The notes beneath the pieces are model-generated. The model was not told the origin of the DNA. It saw only the letters and a program-made list of their open reading frames with translations, and ran no database searches. A stretch of 64,000 nucleotides of DNA from Stegostoma tigrinum (Eukaryota): NCBI RefSeq assembly GCF_030684315.1, contig NC_081370.1:36784728-36848727 (forward strand), read 5' to 3'. Position 1 is the stretch's first letter, and every line of letters starts with the position of its first letter. Below, in pieces: positions 39,313 to 51,700 of this stretch. Made by a program: the position numbers and the translations under genes.

Positions 39313-40169
39313 GACCTGATAACTTGTTCTTATGATGTTGAAGCAAGTGTCCTCCCTACTGAGCCACTGCTGACACACAGCTAATGAGGGTGGATGACTA
39401 AAGATTTGGTCAAAGAGATAGATTTCAAACAGTCTATAAAGATAAGGGAGTGGAAGGTAAGGAATTCCAGCCCTTAGGATTCAGGCATCTGAAGGCACCG
39501 CCACCAGTGGGGTAGTGATTTAAGTCAGAGATGCTCGAGAGGTCACACTTGGAGAAACTCTGAGATGTTGGCATACTTTAGGGCTGAAGGAAATTGCAAG
39601 AGATAGAGAAGAGTGAGAATCTAAAAACAAGGATGAGCATTCTAAGTTTGAGGTGTTGTCAGACTGTGGCTCGATGCAGTTCAGCAGGATCCAGGGTTAG
39701 AATTAACCGAAATTGATGTGAGTTAGAATATGAACTGTAGAATTTTAAATGCTGAGCTCAAGTTATATTGAGGGTGACAAGGTTGTGTTGGAATGATCAA
39801 ACCTAAATCAAGGTAAAAAGACACCATTCGTGCTTAAGCAACTGAAGAACAGAGGCAGGTGGCTGTGAGCTGAATATATGTAGTCTTGGTTTTGAAGCAT
39901 TTGGAGGGTAATCATGGGTTCAAATGGCATTGAGTTTAACCTCAGCAAGTGGTCACAGACAGCCTTAAAAATCAGAAAACAGGATTTGTGACATAGATTG
40001 AAGAGAGTGGTGTCTGTCCTTTCAAGGCGGTTTTAGAGGAAATGTCTGATAATCCAGTATTAGAGATGGTGAGAAATCTGATGCAGTTGACAGGAGGGAA
40101 AGCTGGGTATCTGCAGTGCAGATGTGTATGACACAGATTTTGCTGCAGTTTGGTACCTAATGGCACTTT

Positions 40170-40325
40170 TAATTGATTGGAGTCGCCTTTATTCGTTCAA
40201 TTTCTGGAACAGCATCTTCCTGAAAGTGAGTGAGCTCTACAATTTACAGCAGCATTTGCCCTTTTCAATGGGGGTGAAAGGTGGAGGGGGCGGGGCTAGT
40301 GCTTTAGCCCGGATGCGGAAGTGTT
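40170..40325 (+). promoter_or_regulatory. PYURF/PIGY promoter: inverted CCAAT, GC box, tandem ETS/GABP-type sites
   Basis: ATTGG at 40176-40180; GGGGCGGGGC at 40287-40296; CCGGATG and CGGAAGTG at ~40309-40323; within a CpG-rich patch just upstream of the ATG. Confidence 0.65.
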
Positions 40326-40353
40326 GGTGGTGAGTCTGGAGTTTCGGGTGGGA

Positions 40354-40526
40354 ATGATTCGGGTTGGGTACGGGTCTCGCATCCGGGGAGCGGCCCGGAG
40401 GCTTCTGCATCTCTCCCGGGCCAGGCTGTCAGGAGAATCGGTAACCGGGGAGGGAGACAGGAAGGCTGCTCTGGACCCGACCCTGCTCCCGTATCTGGTG
40501 TGTCCCCTGTCCAGAAAGCAGCTCAG
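40354..40526 (+). CDS. PYURF: PYURF / protein PreY, coding exon 1 (Arg-rich mitochondrial-presequence-like leader and start of Trm112-like domain)
   Basis: MIRVGYGSRIRGAARRLLHLSRARL...LDPTLLPYLVCPLSRKQLR; phase-2 donor AG|GTTCGT matches the exon 2 acceptor phase. Confidence 0.9.
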
Positions 40527-42645
40527 GTTCGTCCTTGGGGAAGGTCAGAGACTAGGACAGGGGAGATATCCTATGTCTAGCAACAGGAGAACGAGTCGCT
40601 GAAAATAACTAGATTGCTGTTAAGAAGTGCTAGCACATTCTTGATCGTCTGAATGGTCTCCTCTTCACAATTCGGGATGGCGGAGCGGAATGGAGGCAGA
40701 GAGTAGGAACAATGAATTTGATTTTTGAGTTGAAGGGAACTGGAGCGGGTTCAGGGAAGGGATTGAACTGGCCTCAAAGCAGGATTTTGCAAAGTGAAAG
40801 ACCGTTCCGAGGACCTTTAATGGAATCTGGGTTTCATTGTGGCCCTGGAGGAAGGTGGATAATCTCAGAGCACCTAATACTGCAAGGAGAGGACTCCCAT
40901 CAGCTCTGTGGATGTTTCTACTGTGCAATGCCAACACAAAATGTTCTCTAAAATAATGCAAACAACTAGTATTTATATAGTGCCTCTCATTACCACCAAA
41001 CGTCTGAAGATGTTTCTGAATTAGTGAAGTACCTTTCCACTGTTGTAATGTACAGATATGCAAACAAGGATGTGATATTGACCAGCAGTCTTTTTTCATG
41101 ATGGAGACAGATGAACATTCTTATAGAAGAATGAGGGGGATTTATAAAAAACTTTTACAATTATGAAATGAGTCAATAGAAGCAAGGAGCATGTTTCCAC
41201 TGGTGGGAGAAACTAGAACAAGAGGACATAGCCTCAAAATTACAGGAAGCAGATTTGGCACTGAATTGAGTTGTGAATTGGCAGAATTCTCTGCCCACTG
41301 AAGTAATTAAGGGTTAGAATGAGAGGGTGGATAAGTGGAGCTGAGGCCATGAAAATATCAGCGATAATCTTACTGAATGGCAGCTGGTCTACTCCTACAC
41401 CTAGTTCTTATGTTCTGTGAATACCAGACAACTGTCCAGCTTTTTCTTTTGAATAGTACAGCAGTCCTTCTGTATTGAATTCCTGTCCCCAGATAGTGCC
41501 ATGTTCCCTTAGTACTGTAGTGGCTGTATCCACCTAGGTTTGTAGACTCACATCTCTGGGGTGAGACTCAAACACCTGGTTTCCTGATTCTGATGTGAGT
41601 GTGCTTGCTAAGTGATGGGTTGTCAGCAGATTGACTGAACAAAAGCAGGATGTCTTGATGCCTTTAGACTGGAGGAATTTTTGTCTTGATTGTACACCAG
41701 AAACATTCAGAGTATTCAAATCAAAGGAAGTGGCTTGTGGGAAGTAAATAGATGCAATGGTTCTGCCTCCTTGATAGTATTGCCATTTATGTACTGTAGC
41801 CAGAGCAGGAATGGCTTTTTGGTTTGGGGCTGTTCGTTCTTCATTTTAGAAGCTCAGAACTGTTATACAATTGACTTCAATCCTGTTTAGTTAGAGGAGA
41901 GGGATGAAACGCCTACATGGATTCTTCATCCTGAAGATTTAGCAAGTATGTCTATGAGTGTCTTGACTGCAACACCATTCTCAATCAAATAGCTTACCAT
42001 TTGCTTTTAAGATACTTGTGTAAATAATAATTTCCTTGTTGAGTCTAAGCTACAAATGATTGAAGAACTCCATCCCATCAAAAAGTAAACATCTTCAGGG
42101 AAGTGTAGAGAGAAGAATGGAAATACATACAAGATTAACAGTATCTGAACCAGAAAAGTGGGTTTGTTTAGCAGATCAATTCTGATCTCTGTACCAAAGG
42201 AAGTTGAGTTTAATAAAATTATCAGTTTGTTGTTAAAGATAACAATTTCCCCACATTTATTTTTCATGTTTTGTTTTGTTTTGTTTCTGTCCTGGCTATG
42301 TTTCACCTTTTAAATCAGTCAGTTAGCAACATACCCTCCCAAAGCTACAATTTTGCACAACAGCTTGGCAGTTCTCCCCACTGACCCTCGACCACAACAC
42401 TTGTATTACATGCAATCAGCTGATGAAAATATCAGGTTTCTTGAGCTTGTGAAAGAAACTGTGTAAATGCAGAAGTGTTCGCTTGTCTTTCCAACTCTTT
42501 TGAAAATTGGAAATGTTTTGAGAATCATAGAAAGATATTGCCTTTTGAAACATAACATTTTCAACCAGATTAAAAGGGCAGACTCCAGTTCCAACTCATT
42601 TTGAATGAGCTGCAGTTTAATACTTTGCTTCTGTCACCTTTATAG

Positions 42646-42796
42646 ATATGATGAATCCTCCAATCAGCTGATCAATGATGAGTTGGGAATAGCCTATCCT
42701 GTTGTCGATGGAATTCCCAACATGATCCCTCAGGATGCAAAGTTAATTCGCAAGAGTGAAGACACACCCAAGGCGGAAGAACTTTCACAGCAGTAA
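42646..42796 (+). CDS. PYURF: PYURF / protein PreY, coding exon 2
   Basis: Acceptor ctttatag|A; YDESSNQLINDELGIAYPVVDGIPNMIPQDA is a Trm112-like PreY signature; the spliced CDS is 324 nt (107 aa). Confidence 0.95.
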
Positions 42797-42889
42797 ACGG
42801 ATCACACATTGCTTCTGGAAGTGGTGGGGAACTCTGGAAGTTTGAGATTATTTTAAAGGGAGGGAGCTTATCTTGCGTATTGCAAGATA

Positions 42890-43105
42890 ATGACAATCTA
42901 TCTGTCAACTCTCACAGTGCTGGTTCCCCTGTTCTCTTTAGCTGGGCTGTTGTACTCAGCTGCATTTGACAAGGATTTTCCACAGGGCTGCACTAGTATG
43001 GCCAGCTTGTGTTTCTACAGCCTACTACTCCCCATCACTATCCCAGTGTTTGTATTTTTTCACCTATGGAGCTGGATGGGGATTAAACTTTTCAGGCATA
43101 ACTAA
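42890..43105 (+). CDS. PIGY: Phosphatidylinositol N-acetylglucosaminyltransferase subunit Y (71 aa, two TM segments)
   Basis: TLTVLVPLFSLAGL...FPQGCTS.ASLCFYSLLLPITIPVFVFFHLWSWMGIKLFRHN is almost identical to recalled human PIG-Y; lies 93 nt after the PYURF stop. Confidence 0.97.
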   Translation: MTIYLSTLTVLVPLFSLAGLLYSAAFDKDFPQGCTSMASLCFYSLLLPITIPVFVFFHLWSWMGIKLFRHN

Positions 43106-43479
43106 TTTGAGTTCAAAAGCTATTGCGTATGATGATGTTTGTGGTGACCTGACGGCATCAACCTCTCAAATGAAATTTAGTTTCAGTAACAAGGTTTTTC
43201 CATTGGCTTGGAGGTATTTAGAATCTTGAGTGTATTATTGGTGGAAATTGGCACTGTTTTGGTTAACTTGTTCCTTACACACAAAATGCGAGGCATTCAC
43301 TTTTGCCTCATCATGGTACATTTTTCTGGTAATGTTCAGTTCCATTGGCTTCATTCCCAGTGACTGCAATGCAGGAGACATTAACAGGCAGTCCATTTGA
43401 ACCAGTTCGATACGGATTTCTGTCTTGAAGAAACAGTGTAACCAAAGTCACATCAAATTCCACCACAATGTCAGATGCA

Positions 43480-43485
43480 AATAAA
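43480..43485 (+). terminator. Candidate polyadenylation signal of PYURF-PIGY
   Basis: First AATAAA noticed after the PIGY stop, with a GT-rich tract downstream (~43510-43530). Confidence 0.55.
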
Positions 43486-44486
43486 CCATGGAAATTCATT
43501 ATAACAAAGGTTTAGTTTTGGTGCTTTTGACCTTGCTTTCGAAGACACTTGCTGTTTGCCTGGGTATTTAGCCACACTTGTGGTCTGTATTTGAGTTTCC
43601 TTGCCTGTATTCTGTTACTTTCACACGTTGCTTGGTAGGTAGTACAATGATTTCTTGATTCAGAAGGTTGTAGTTTAAGTTCCATGTTTGCTGATACTCC
43701 AGTGTAGTACTGAGAAAATATCACATTGTCAAAAATGCTCTCTTTTAAATGTTAACCAAAGCCCTGTCTGCTCCCTTGTGTAGAAGTAAAAACTTCCATG
43801 GTGCTATTTAAAAGAAAAGCAGGGGAGTGTTCATTGGCTATCTGACTAATGTCTGTCCTTCAAGCAACAACATTTGAAAAAATAAACATGTTATCTGGCA
43901 AATATCATATCGATGTTTGTGGGAACTTCCTGGGCATATGTTGGCTGTCACATTTTCAATGGTTCAACCATGACTTCACTTCAAAAGTACTTCAGGATGG
44001 CCCAAAGTGTATTATAATTAATGAAATGCCTTATCAGGGGGAAGTAACAAAGTGCTGGAGGAAGCCTGGCAGCAGCTGTGGAGGGGGAAACAGAGCTAAC
44101 ATTTCAAGTGTAGAATGACTCTTCCTGCACTTGCAGTATTTTGCTTTTATTAGGACTGGGAGCCCTTCCTTTACTGAATTTTCTTCAGAAGAAGCTGGGC
44201 ATAGAATAGGCTAGAATCAGTCTAGGTCAGAAGTTGCTGAAAACTTAATACAACCATGGAATGACCTGTCATTGTAAACTAAGTTACTGGTAATGAGCAG
44301 TTCGAGTCATCTACATGTTGAAAGCAGATGATTATTTCCATACCATGCAGTTTGAGTTATCTTTAAATAAAGCAATTTGAAGCAAATGTTTCATCTCCAT
44401 CACTAGACTGTCTGGCTGTAGACTGGATATTTTTTACCTCAGTTAAGATGGGGTGAAGTTGACCAGAGATTGCAAATTCTGCTTCA

Positions 44487-45027
44487 ATGGGATGCAGTGG
44501 GAGGAGGGGAGATATTGAAGCTGGTGAAATCCACATTGATACCATTAGGCTGCAGGGTTCCCAAACGGAATATGAGTTGCTGTTCCTGCAACCTATGGGT
44601 GACATCATTATGGCACTGCTGGAGGCCCAGGATAGACATGTGCATCCCAAAACCAGTCCAGCTTGTCCCTGTCTGCCTAACCTGTTCTTCCTCTCACCTA
44701 TCCCCTCCTCCCACCTCCATTTCCTACCTACTAACCTCATCCTGCCCCCTTGACCTGTCTGTCCTCCCCGGACTGACCTATCCCCTTCCTACCTCGCCAC
44801 CCGTACTCTCCTCTCCAACTATCTTCTCCTCTATCCATCTTCAGTCTGCCTACCACCCCCTCCCTATTTATTTCAGAATCCTCTCCCCATCCCCCTTTTC
44901 TGATGAAGGGTCTAGGCCCGAAACGCCAGCTTTTGTGCTCTCAAAATGCTGCTTGGCCTGCTGTGTTCATCCAGCCCCACACTTTGTTATTTTGGATTCT
45001 CCAGCATCTGCAGTTCCCTTTATCTCT
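44487..45027. mobile_element. PLE family A composite (inverted 5' piece plus forward 3' end)
   Basis: 44487-44640 is minus and 44641-45027 is plus; hammerhead-like motif at 44900-44927 with GTC changed to GCC. Confidence 0.85.
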
Positions 45028-45569
45028 GTTTATAAAAAGGAAATTGCTTGACAAATTCAAGGTTTGTTTTGATGTAACCAATGGTATAGACAAAGAGGAG
45101 CCACCTTGTTCTAGAAATCACCAGAGGAAACAATTTTTGTCTATCTCTTTATCATCTTAAACATTTCAATTCAACCACCCCTCAAATTGTTTTAATCAAC
45201 CTATTCTGACGTTATCACCTTTGGAGCAGACGGGACTGGAATCCAAGCCTCCTGGCTATCGGCACAACCACTGTGCCAAAGGAGCACCTTTCTTAATTTT
45301 CTATAACTTGGCCAATAGTGATGTGGGAAACCTCATTTCATAATTTAACCTTCTATGTACTGGTTATCATTCTGAGGAATCTCTATTGAGTTACTCCAAG
45401 GCCAATATAGTAGAGGAGACAAGTGGTGTAATGGTACTGTCACTCGACAGATGGGTCAGAGGGTCAGGTTACTGTTTTGGGCACAAATGTTAAAATTTTA
45501 CTACAGTGGCTAACATAAAACTAGCCTCCATAATGCTTTGTCAATTGTCATAAAGTCCCATTTGAACAA

Positions 45570-47210
45570 AGAATAAAACCACAGGAATGGAGCCCTTCGG
45601 CCCTCTAAACTTGTGGCCACTACATTTTGCTCTTCCATACTAAAACTGTCTTCACTTACAGGATCCATATACTTCTATTCCTTCCTATTCATGTATTCGT
45701 CCAGGTGCTTCTCGAATGCTGCTATTGTGCCGGATTCTACAACCTCCTCTGGCAGCACATTCCAGCCACTCACCACCCTTTGTGTGAAAAACGTGCCTCG
45801 CAAGTCTCTTAGAAAGTCCATCTCCTTACAAACCATCCCCCCCCCCCACCGACCACCACCACACCATGAACATGTGAACCCTTGTAACCGAGCCCCCACT
45901 CTGGGAGAAAGCTTTGCACTTTTCACACTATCTATGCCATTTACAATCTTAAAATCATATTGGGTCACTCTTCGACCTCCTTCATTCCAGTGAAAAATAA
46001 ACCCAGCCTAGCCATATTTTCTTCACAGCTAGAATCCCCCATACCAGGCAACATCCTGGTAAACCTTTTCTCTATCCTCTCCAAAGCATCAACATCCTTC
46101 TGATAGTGTAGTGATCAGAACGATAAATAATAGGTCAAAGTGTGGCTTTACTAAAGTTCTGTAAAACTGCAGCGTAACTTGTCTATCCTTATACTCAATC
46201 TCCCTACTAATGAAGGCAAACATGCCATAATTTCTGAAGAAGGGTCCCGACCTGAAACGTCAGTTTTCCTGTTCCTCTGATGCTGCTCGGCCAGCTGTGT
46301 TCTGCCAGCTCCACACTGTTATCTCTGATTCCAGCATTGGCAGGTTTTACTATCTCTGATGCTATAAGCTCCTTTTTTTTTCAAAATTACCTTATCTACC
46401 TGTGCTGCCACCTTCAGTGATCTCTGGAACTGCACACCCAGATCCTTCTGCCTATCAATACTGCTAAGGGTTCTGCCATTCACTGTATAATTTCCACCTG
46501 TTTTTGACCTTACAAAATGCATCTCACATTTGTCCAGATTAAAACCCACCTGCCATTTTTCTGCCTCTGCCTCCATATCCTGCTGTATCCTCTGACAATC
46601 CTCATTATCTGCAACTCCACCAAACTTTGTATCGTCTGCAAACTTACTAATTAGACCAGCCACATTTTCTTCTAAATCATTTATGTAGATCACATCAGCA
46701 GAGGTCCCAGCACTGATCCCTGTGGAACACCCTGTCACAGCCCTCAATTCAGAAAAACATTCTTCCACCACTACTCTTTGTCTCCTCTGACTAAGCCAGT
46801 ACTGGACCCATCTCGCCAGCTCACCCGATACCACGTGACTTTGCCTTTTGTACCAGTCTGCCATGAGGGACCCTGTCAAAGACATTACTGAAGTCCATGT
46901 AGACAACATCAACAACTTTTCCTTCTGCAATCATCACCTCCTTAAAAAACTCAATCAAGTTAGTGAGGCTTGACTTCACCGGCACAAAAACATGCTGACT
47001 ATTGCTAATAAGTCCATTTGCTTCTAAGTTCATATACATCTTGTTCCTGAGAATCTTTCCCAATAATTTCCCTTTAATGATGTGAGACTTGGGCCTGTAA
47101 TTTCTAGGATTATCTCTGCTATCCTGTTTAAATAATGGAACAACTTTGGCTATTCTCCAGTCCTTTGGGACCCTTGTGGCCAAAGAGGATACAAAAATGT
47201 CTGTCAAAGC
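45570..47210 (-). mobile_element. CR1 LINE RT to 3' end, decayed, with a small PLE terminus inserted at ~46230-46357
   Basis: DWRIAKVVPLFK, YMDFSNVFDRVPH, SKFADDTK and FFTQRVVSGWN.LP motifs. Confidence 0.88.
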
Positions 47211-48229
47211 TCCTGGTTCACTAATATCCTTTAGGGATGGAAATCCATCAATCTACACATGACTCTTGGTTCTCATGAATATGGCTTTCTCTTAACTATC
47301 CTCTGAAGTAATCTAACAAGTCATCGAGTTCAAAGGCAATTGACAAAAAATGCAGCTCTTGTCTTACATGGCCACATCCCACAGAAAGAATGAAAATCTG
47401 TTCTGAGAAGCAGTGCCCAGGGAGAACACTAACTTCAGAGATGAGAATGATGTCAAACTCTACTGAGCAATATTGTAATTTTAAATTTATTTTCAATATG
47501 TGGGTTCATTTTCTCGGACTGGATGCGGTCCTAGCGAAATTATTCCAAAGAATCATCTTGTTTCTTGTGCTCTGGAGGAATGACAGTGTTATATGGATGA
47601 ACAATCTGAACTCCGAAGCCAGGTGAAGGTGACTGTTCCTGACACCCAGACAATGTGTGGCATCAAGAAGCCCGAACAAAATGGGAATCAGGGGCAAACT
47701 ATCCACTGGTTGCCGTCATACCCAGCACAAAGGTTGTGTTCTTTTTGATAGTCAATTATCTTAATCCAAGAACATGACTGCAAGACTTCTTCAAGGTATT
47801 CTCCTAGTCATACTGATCTTTTGATTCTTCAGCGATCAGAAGTGGGGATCGTCATTAACGATTGCAAAATGTTCAGATAATGTGCAAAAATTCCTCAGAT
47901 GTTGAAGCAACTTTTGTCTACTTGTAGCAAGACCTGGACAACAACCAGACTTGGGCTGATAAGTGGCAAGAAACACTCATGCCACACATATCAGGCAATG
48001 ACCATACCCCACAAATAAGAATCCAACCATCTTCTCTCAACCATATCTGAATTCCACTGCTCTCAATACGCTGGGGGCTACCATTGACCAGAAATTGAAC
48101 TGGACCAGCCATATGACTACTGTGGCTACAAGAACATGTCGGAGTCTGGGAATTCTGTGGGAAATATTTCACCTTTTGACTCTCAGAAATGCTTCCCAAT
48201 CATTTAAAAACAACAAGCCAGGACGGTTA

Positions 48230-48625
48230 ATCATGGGATGAGGCCGGGTGTGGGGAGATGTTGAAACTGGTAGAGGCCATGTTTAGGCCAATAGGCTGTA
48301 GGCTCCTGAGGCGGAATGTGAGGTGCTGCTCCTCCAGATTGCAGGTGGCATCATTGTGACACTGGAGGAGGCCCAGGATGTTGTTGTTGTTTGTCGCATA
48401 CAGAGCACAGATGCTCTACAAAACAGCCTCCCACCTCACTGACCAATCCTGACCATTGCACTCACCTATTACTACCCCACCCACCTTCCCTAGCCCCCTC
48501 CCCATTTCTGAAAGGTCCTGACCCAAAACTTTCCTGCTCCTCTGATGCTGCCTGGCCTGCTGTGTTCCTCCAGCTCCATACTTTGTTATCTCTGTCTCCA
48601 GCATCTGCAGTTCCTGCTATCTCAT
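48230..48625. mobile_element. Degraded PLE inverted composite
   Basis: Minus-strand GIY-YIG C-terminal piece followed by a plus-strand terminus (gatgctgcctggcctgctgtg...cagcatctgcagttcc). Confidence 0.65.
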
Positions 48626-50104
48626 AAAATTAATATATTTTTAAAATCTTGACTAGGCCTTGTAGTTATTGAAGAAGGTCATTCCTTCATTACAGTTCAT
48701 GGGACCATACTCTAGGCAAACAGACTGCTCCATTTTCTAAATTACAAGAGTGATCACACTTAATATGTACTTCCTTGGCTATAAACCACTTTGCCATGTC
48801 TTGAGGCCGTGAAAGATGTTCTGAAAATACAAGTTTATTTAGAAGTACAGAAATTAATTTCTATTCCATGCTGCAGAAAACAAAACTAGCATTTTGTTGT
48901 CTTGGGGCATTCTTTGTAGAGCGAGGTGATCGCCAAAGGATCAAAGGTGACATGAGGAATTTTTTTTAACATTTTGAGTGGTTAGGATCTAAAACACATA
49001 GTCTGGAAGTATGGTGGACAGAGATTTATTTAGAGCTTTGAAAAAGAGATCAAATGAGCACCTGAACAGAAGAAATGTGCAGGGTTACACAAAAAGGTCA
49101 AAGGAGTAGGAGTTGCTAAATTGCTCCTGCAGAGAGCTGCCACAAACATGATGTGCCAGAGGCAGGTGTTCAAATCCCACCAGAGCTGCCAGAATTAGAA
49201 TTCAGTTAAAGAAATAAAGCTGGAATAGAAAGCTCGTCTCAGCACTGGCGACTCTGAAACTACTAGACTGACATAAAACATTACCGACTAATATCCTTTA
49301 GGGATGAAAATTTGCCGTCTTTTCACCAGCCTGGGTCTGGAGACACATATATGCCGGACTGGGGAAGGATGGCAGATTTCCATTCCAAAAGGACAATGGT
49401 GAGAACCAGTTGTGTTTTATGATAATTCGGTAGTTTCAATGTTGTCACTTTCTAATTACAGCTAAGCTTGCTGTGCCATTTCAGAGGGCAATTATGAATT
49501 AATTGGGTCGAGCAAGCTCAGTTGTATTTAAGAAAGTGATGAGCTATGCCTTTCTCAAGGGTAGAGAGATAGAGACATGTAATAAATTCTGTCCTTACCG
49601 ACGATGTTTATATCCTTTGAATGAATAAGACAAAGTTTGTATCAAGAATCTGGGGTACTTTGCTATTAAATTATTTTATTAAACTTGTGTTGTGACAGTA
49701 TTTTTAGCTTTGGACACCACTAAAGTAATACCTTGACAAGTAGGAATTTAATTAACTTTTGCATTAATTATCTAGCTCTTCTTTGACATTGCTTTAATTA
49801 AATATTTTAAATCCAGAACACTTGCATTGCTTCTCTCTTGAAACCAAATCTAACAAGAGGGTGATAATTATCCTCAGTGGATCACAATCAGATCCAATTA
49901 CTTTCAGAAGGAGGGAATAATCAAGGATAACAAGTAGCTGTCTTGAGGTTTTGCTCACAGATAATCTGGAGTCTGGTCGTAATATTCAGTAACAAAGGTG
50001 AAGCACTCCCCTCAGACTAAACCCAGATAATTACATCTGGCTGTAAACATCTGGAATGAATTGTAGCTATCTGCAAACCTACTGCCCATCCCCAAAACCC
50101 CTCT

Positions 50105-50210
50105 TGTGGCTCAGTGGTAGTGTCCCTATCGCTCAACCAGGAGGCCTGGGTTCAAGTCCCACCCGCTCCAGAGGTGTGTAATAACATCTCAGAACAGGTT
50201 GATTAGAAAA
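50105..50210 (+). mobile_element. Short tRNA-derived SINE
   Basis: A box TGGCTCAGTGG at 50107-50117 and B box GGTTCAAGTCC at 50149-50159; a related minus-strand copy lies at ~45210-45277. Confidence 0.7.
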
Positions 50211-50499
50211 ATAGGTTAATCAAATAAAAACCTATTGTACCCTCTTCAATGGCTACATTCATGCCTGGAAGCCCTTAGAGAGGGAGCATGACGATACACC
50301 AATTCTCTTGATTATTTTAGAGAAAGTTGGGCACTGCAAAATGCTTCATTTCCTCTTCCAATTCCATTTTGATTTAGCCCCTCCAACTCCTTTGTATTTT
50401 ATGGTCTGCATTGCCCTCAATGGGCTTTGTACATAAACTCACCAACTGAAAAATATGGGTGATTTACAGATGGTGGTTAATAGCTGAAAAAGTACCACA

Positions 50500-50700
50500 G
50501 GTGAGGTTGTTGACTTGTTGCCAAGCTGGCTTGTTCTCGTTCAGACATTTTGTCTCCATGCTAGGTGACATCATCAGTACAGCCTCCAATAAAGCGGTGT
50601 TATTCTACTCTGTTTGGAATTTATACTGTTTGGTCTATTATGGTGAGTAGTGTCATTTCCGGTTTTGATCTGCATGAGTTTTTATATGGAGTCCAATTCC
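50500..50700 (-). mobile_element. Probable PLE family D terminus with hammerhead-like motif
   Basis: Minus strand 50544-50577: CTGATGA-t-GTCACC-tagcat-GGAGAC-(A)AAA-TGTC. Confidence 0.55.
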
Positions 50701-50739
50701 ATTCCTGAGAAAGAAATCATAGTTTCACAAATTTATTCC

Positions 50740-51700
50740 TTGAAGGAGTTGTGGATGAAAGAGAGCCTGGAGACATACTGCATTTGGATTTCCAGAATGG
50801 GTTTCATAAGGTCCCAAAAGGATATTGTAGAAAATAAAAGTTTATGGTGTAAACTCAGAATGGTGAGCTGACAGTAATCAGGATGGATAAACTGGTATTT
50901 TTCTGATTGGCAGGATGAGTCACAGGAGCCTGTGCTAGGCCCGCAACCTTTTACAATTTACATCAAAGACTTAGATGAGGGGTCTAAACGCATGGTGGCT
51001 CAATTTGCAGATGCATAAAAATAGGTAGGAAAGTATGTTGTGATGGATGTAGATAAGTTGAATGAATAGGCACAAATCTGTCAGTTGGAGTATAATTTGA
51101 AGTTGTGGCAGGAAAAATGGAAAAGCATAATATTCCTTAAATGAAAGGCAATCATGGAATTCCATGGGGCAGAGGGATCCAGGTGTTCTAATACATAAGT
51201 CACAAACTATTATGAGGTATAGCACGTAATCACAAAGTGTAACAGAATGCTATGCTTTACTGAAAGAGGCATTGAACATAAAAGTAACATGTTACACTTC
51301 ATTTAAACAGGACGTTGGTGAGACTATGTCTCAGATACTATTTGCAATTTTGGTCTGTTTATTTAAGGAAGGATCTATATAATGTTGGAGGCAGTTCCAA
51401 AGCTTCCTAGACTGATACCTGGAATGAATGGGTTGACTTTAGCAGATGATTTGGTCAGGTTGGGCTTGTTTTCACTGGAGTTTAGAAGACTGATATGCAA
51501 TTTCATTAAAGTGTACAAGATCCTGAATGGTATTGTCAAGGTGGATATGGAAAGGATTTTTCCTTTTATGGATGAGTCCCGAGTCCCAAGTCCAGGGTAT
51601 GTTGTTTTATCAGGGGTGGATGAGAATATGTAATTTTAATTTTCTTTCCTTACTTAGCAGATTGTGAATCTTTGGAATCCTGCAATCTAGAGAGGTGGTG
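50740..51700 (+). mobile_element. Decayed CR1 LINE fragment
   Basis: FTIYIKDLDEG, QFAD and RLIPGMNGL...LGLFSLEFRRL motifs. Confidence 0.7.

Noticed and set aside
42794-42890. Stop-codon readthrough from PYURF into PIGY (same frame)
   Set aside because: A second in-frame TAA at 42854-42856 blocks it.
50105-50165. Possible tRNA gene
   Set aside because: A and B boxes are present, but there is no convincing acceptor or anticodon stem or poly-T terminator, and a diverged copy lies at ~45210; it is a SINE head.
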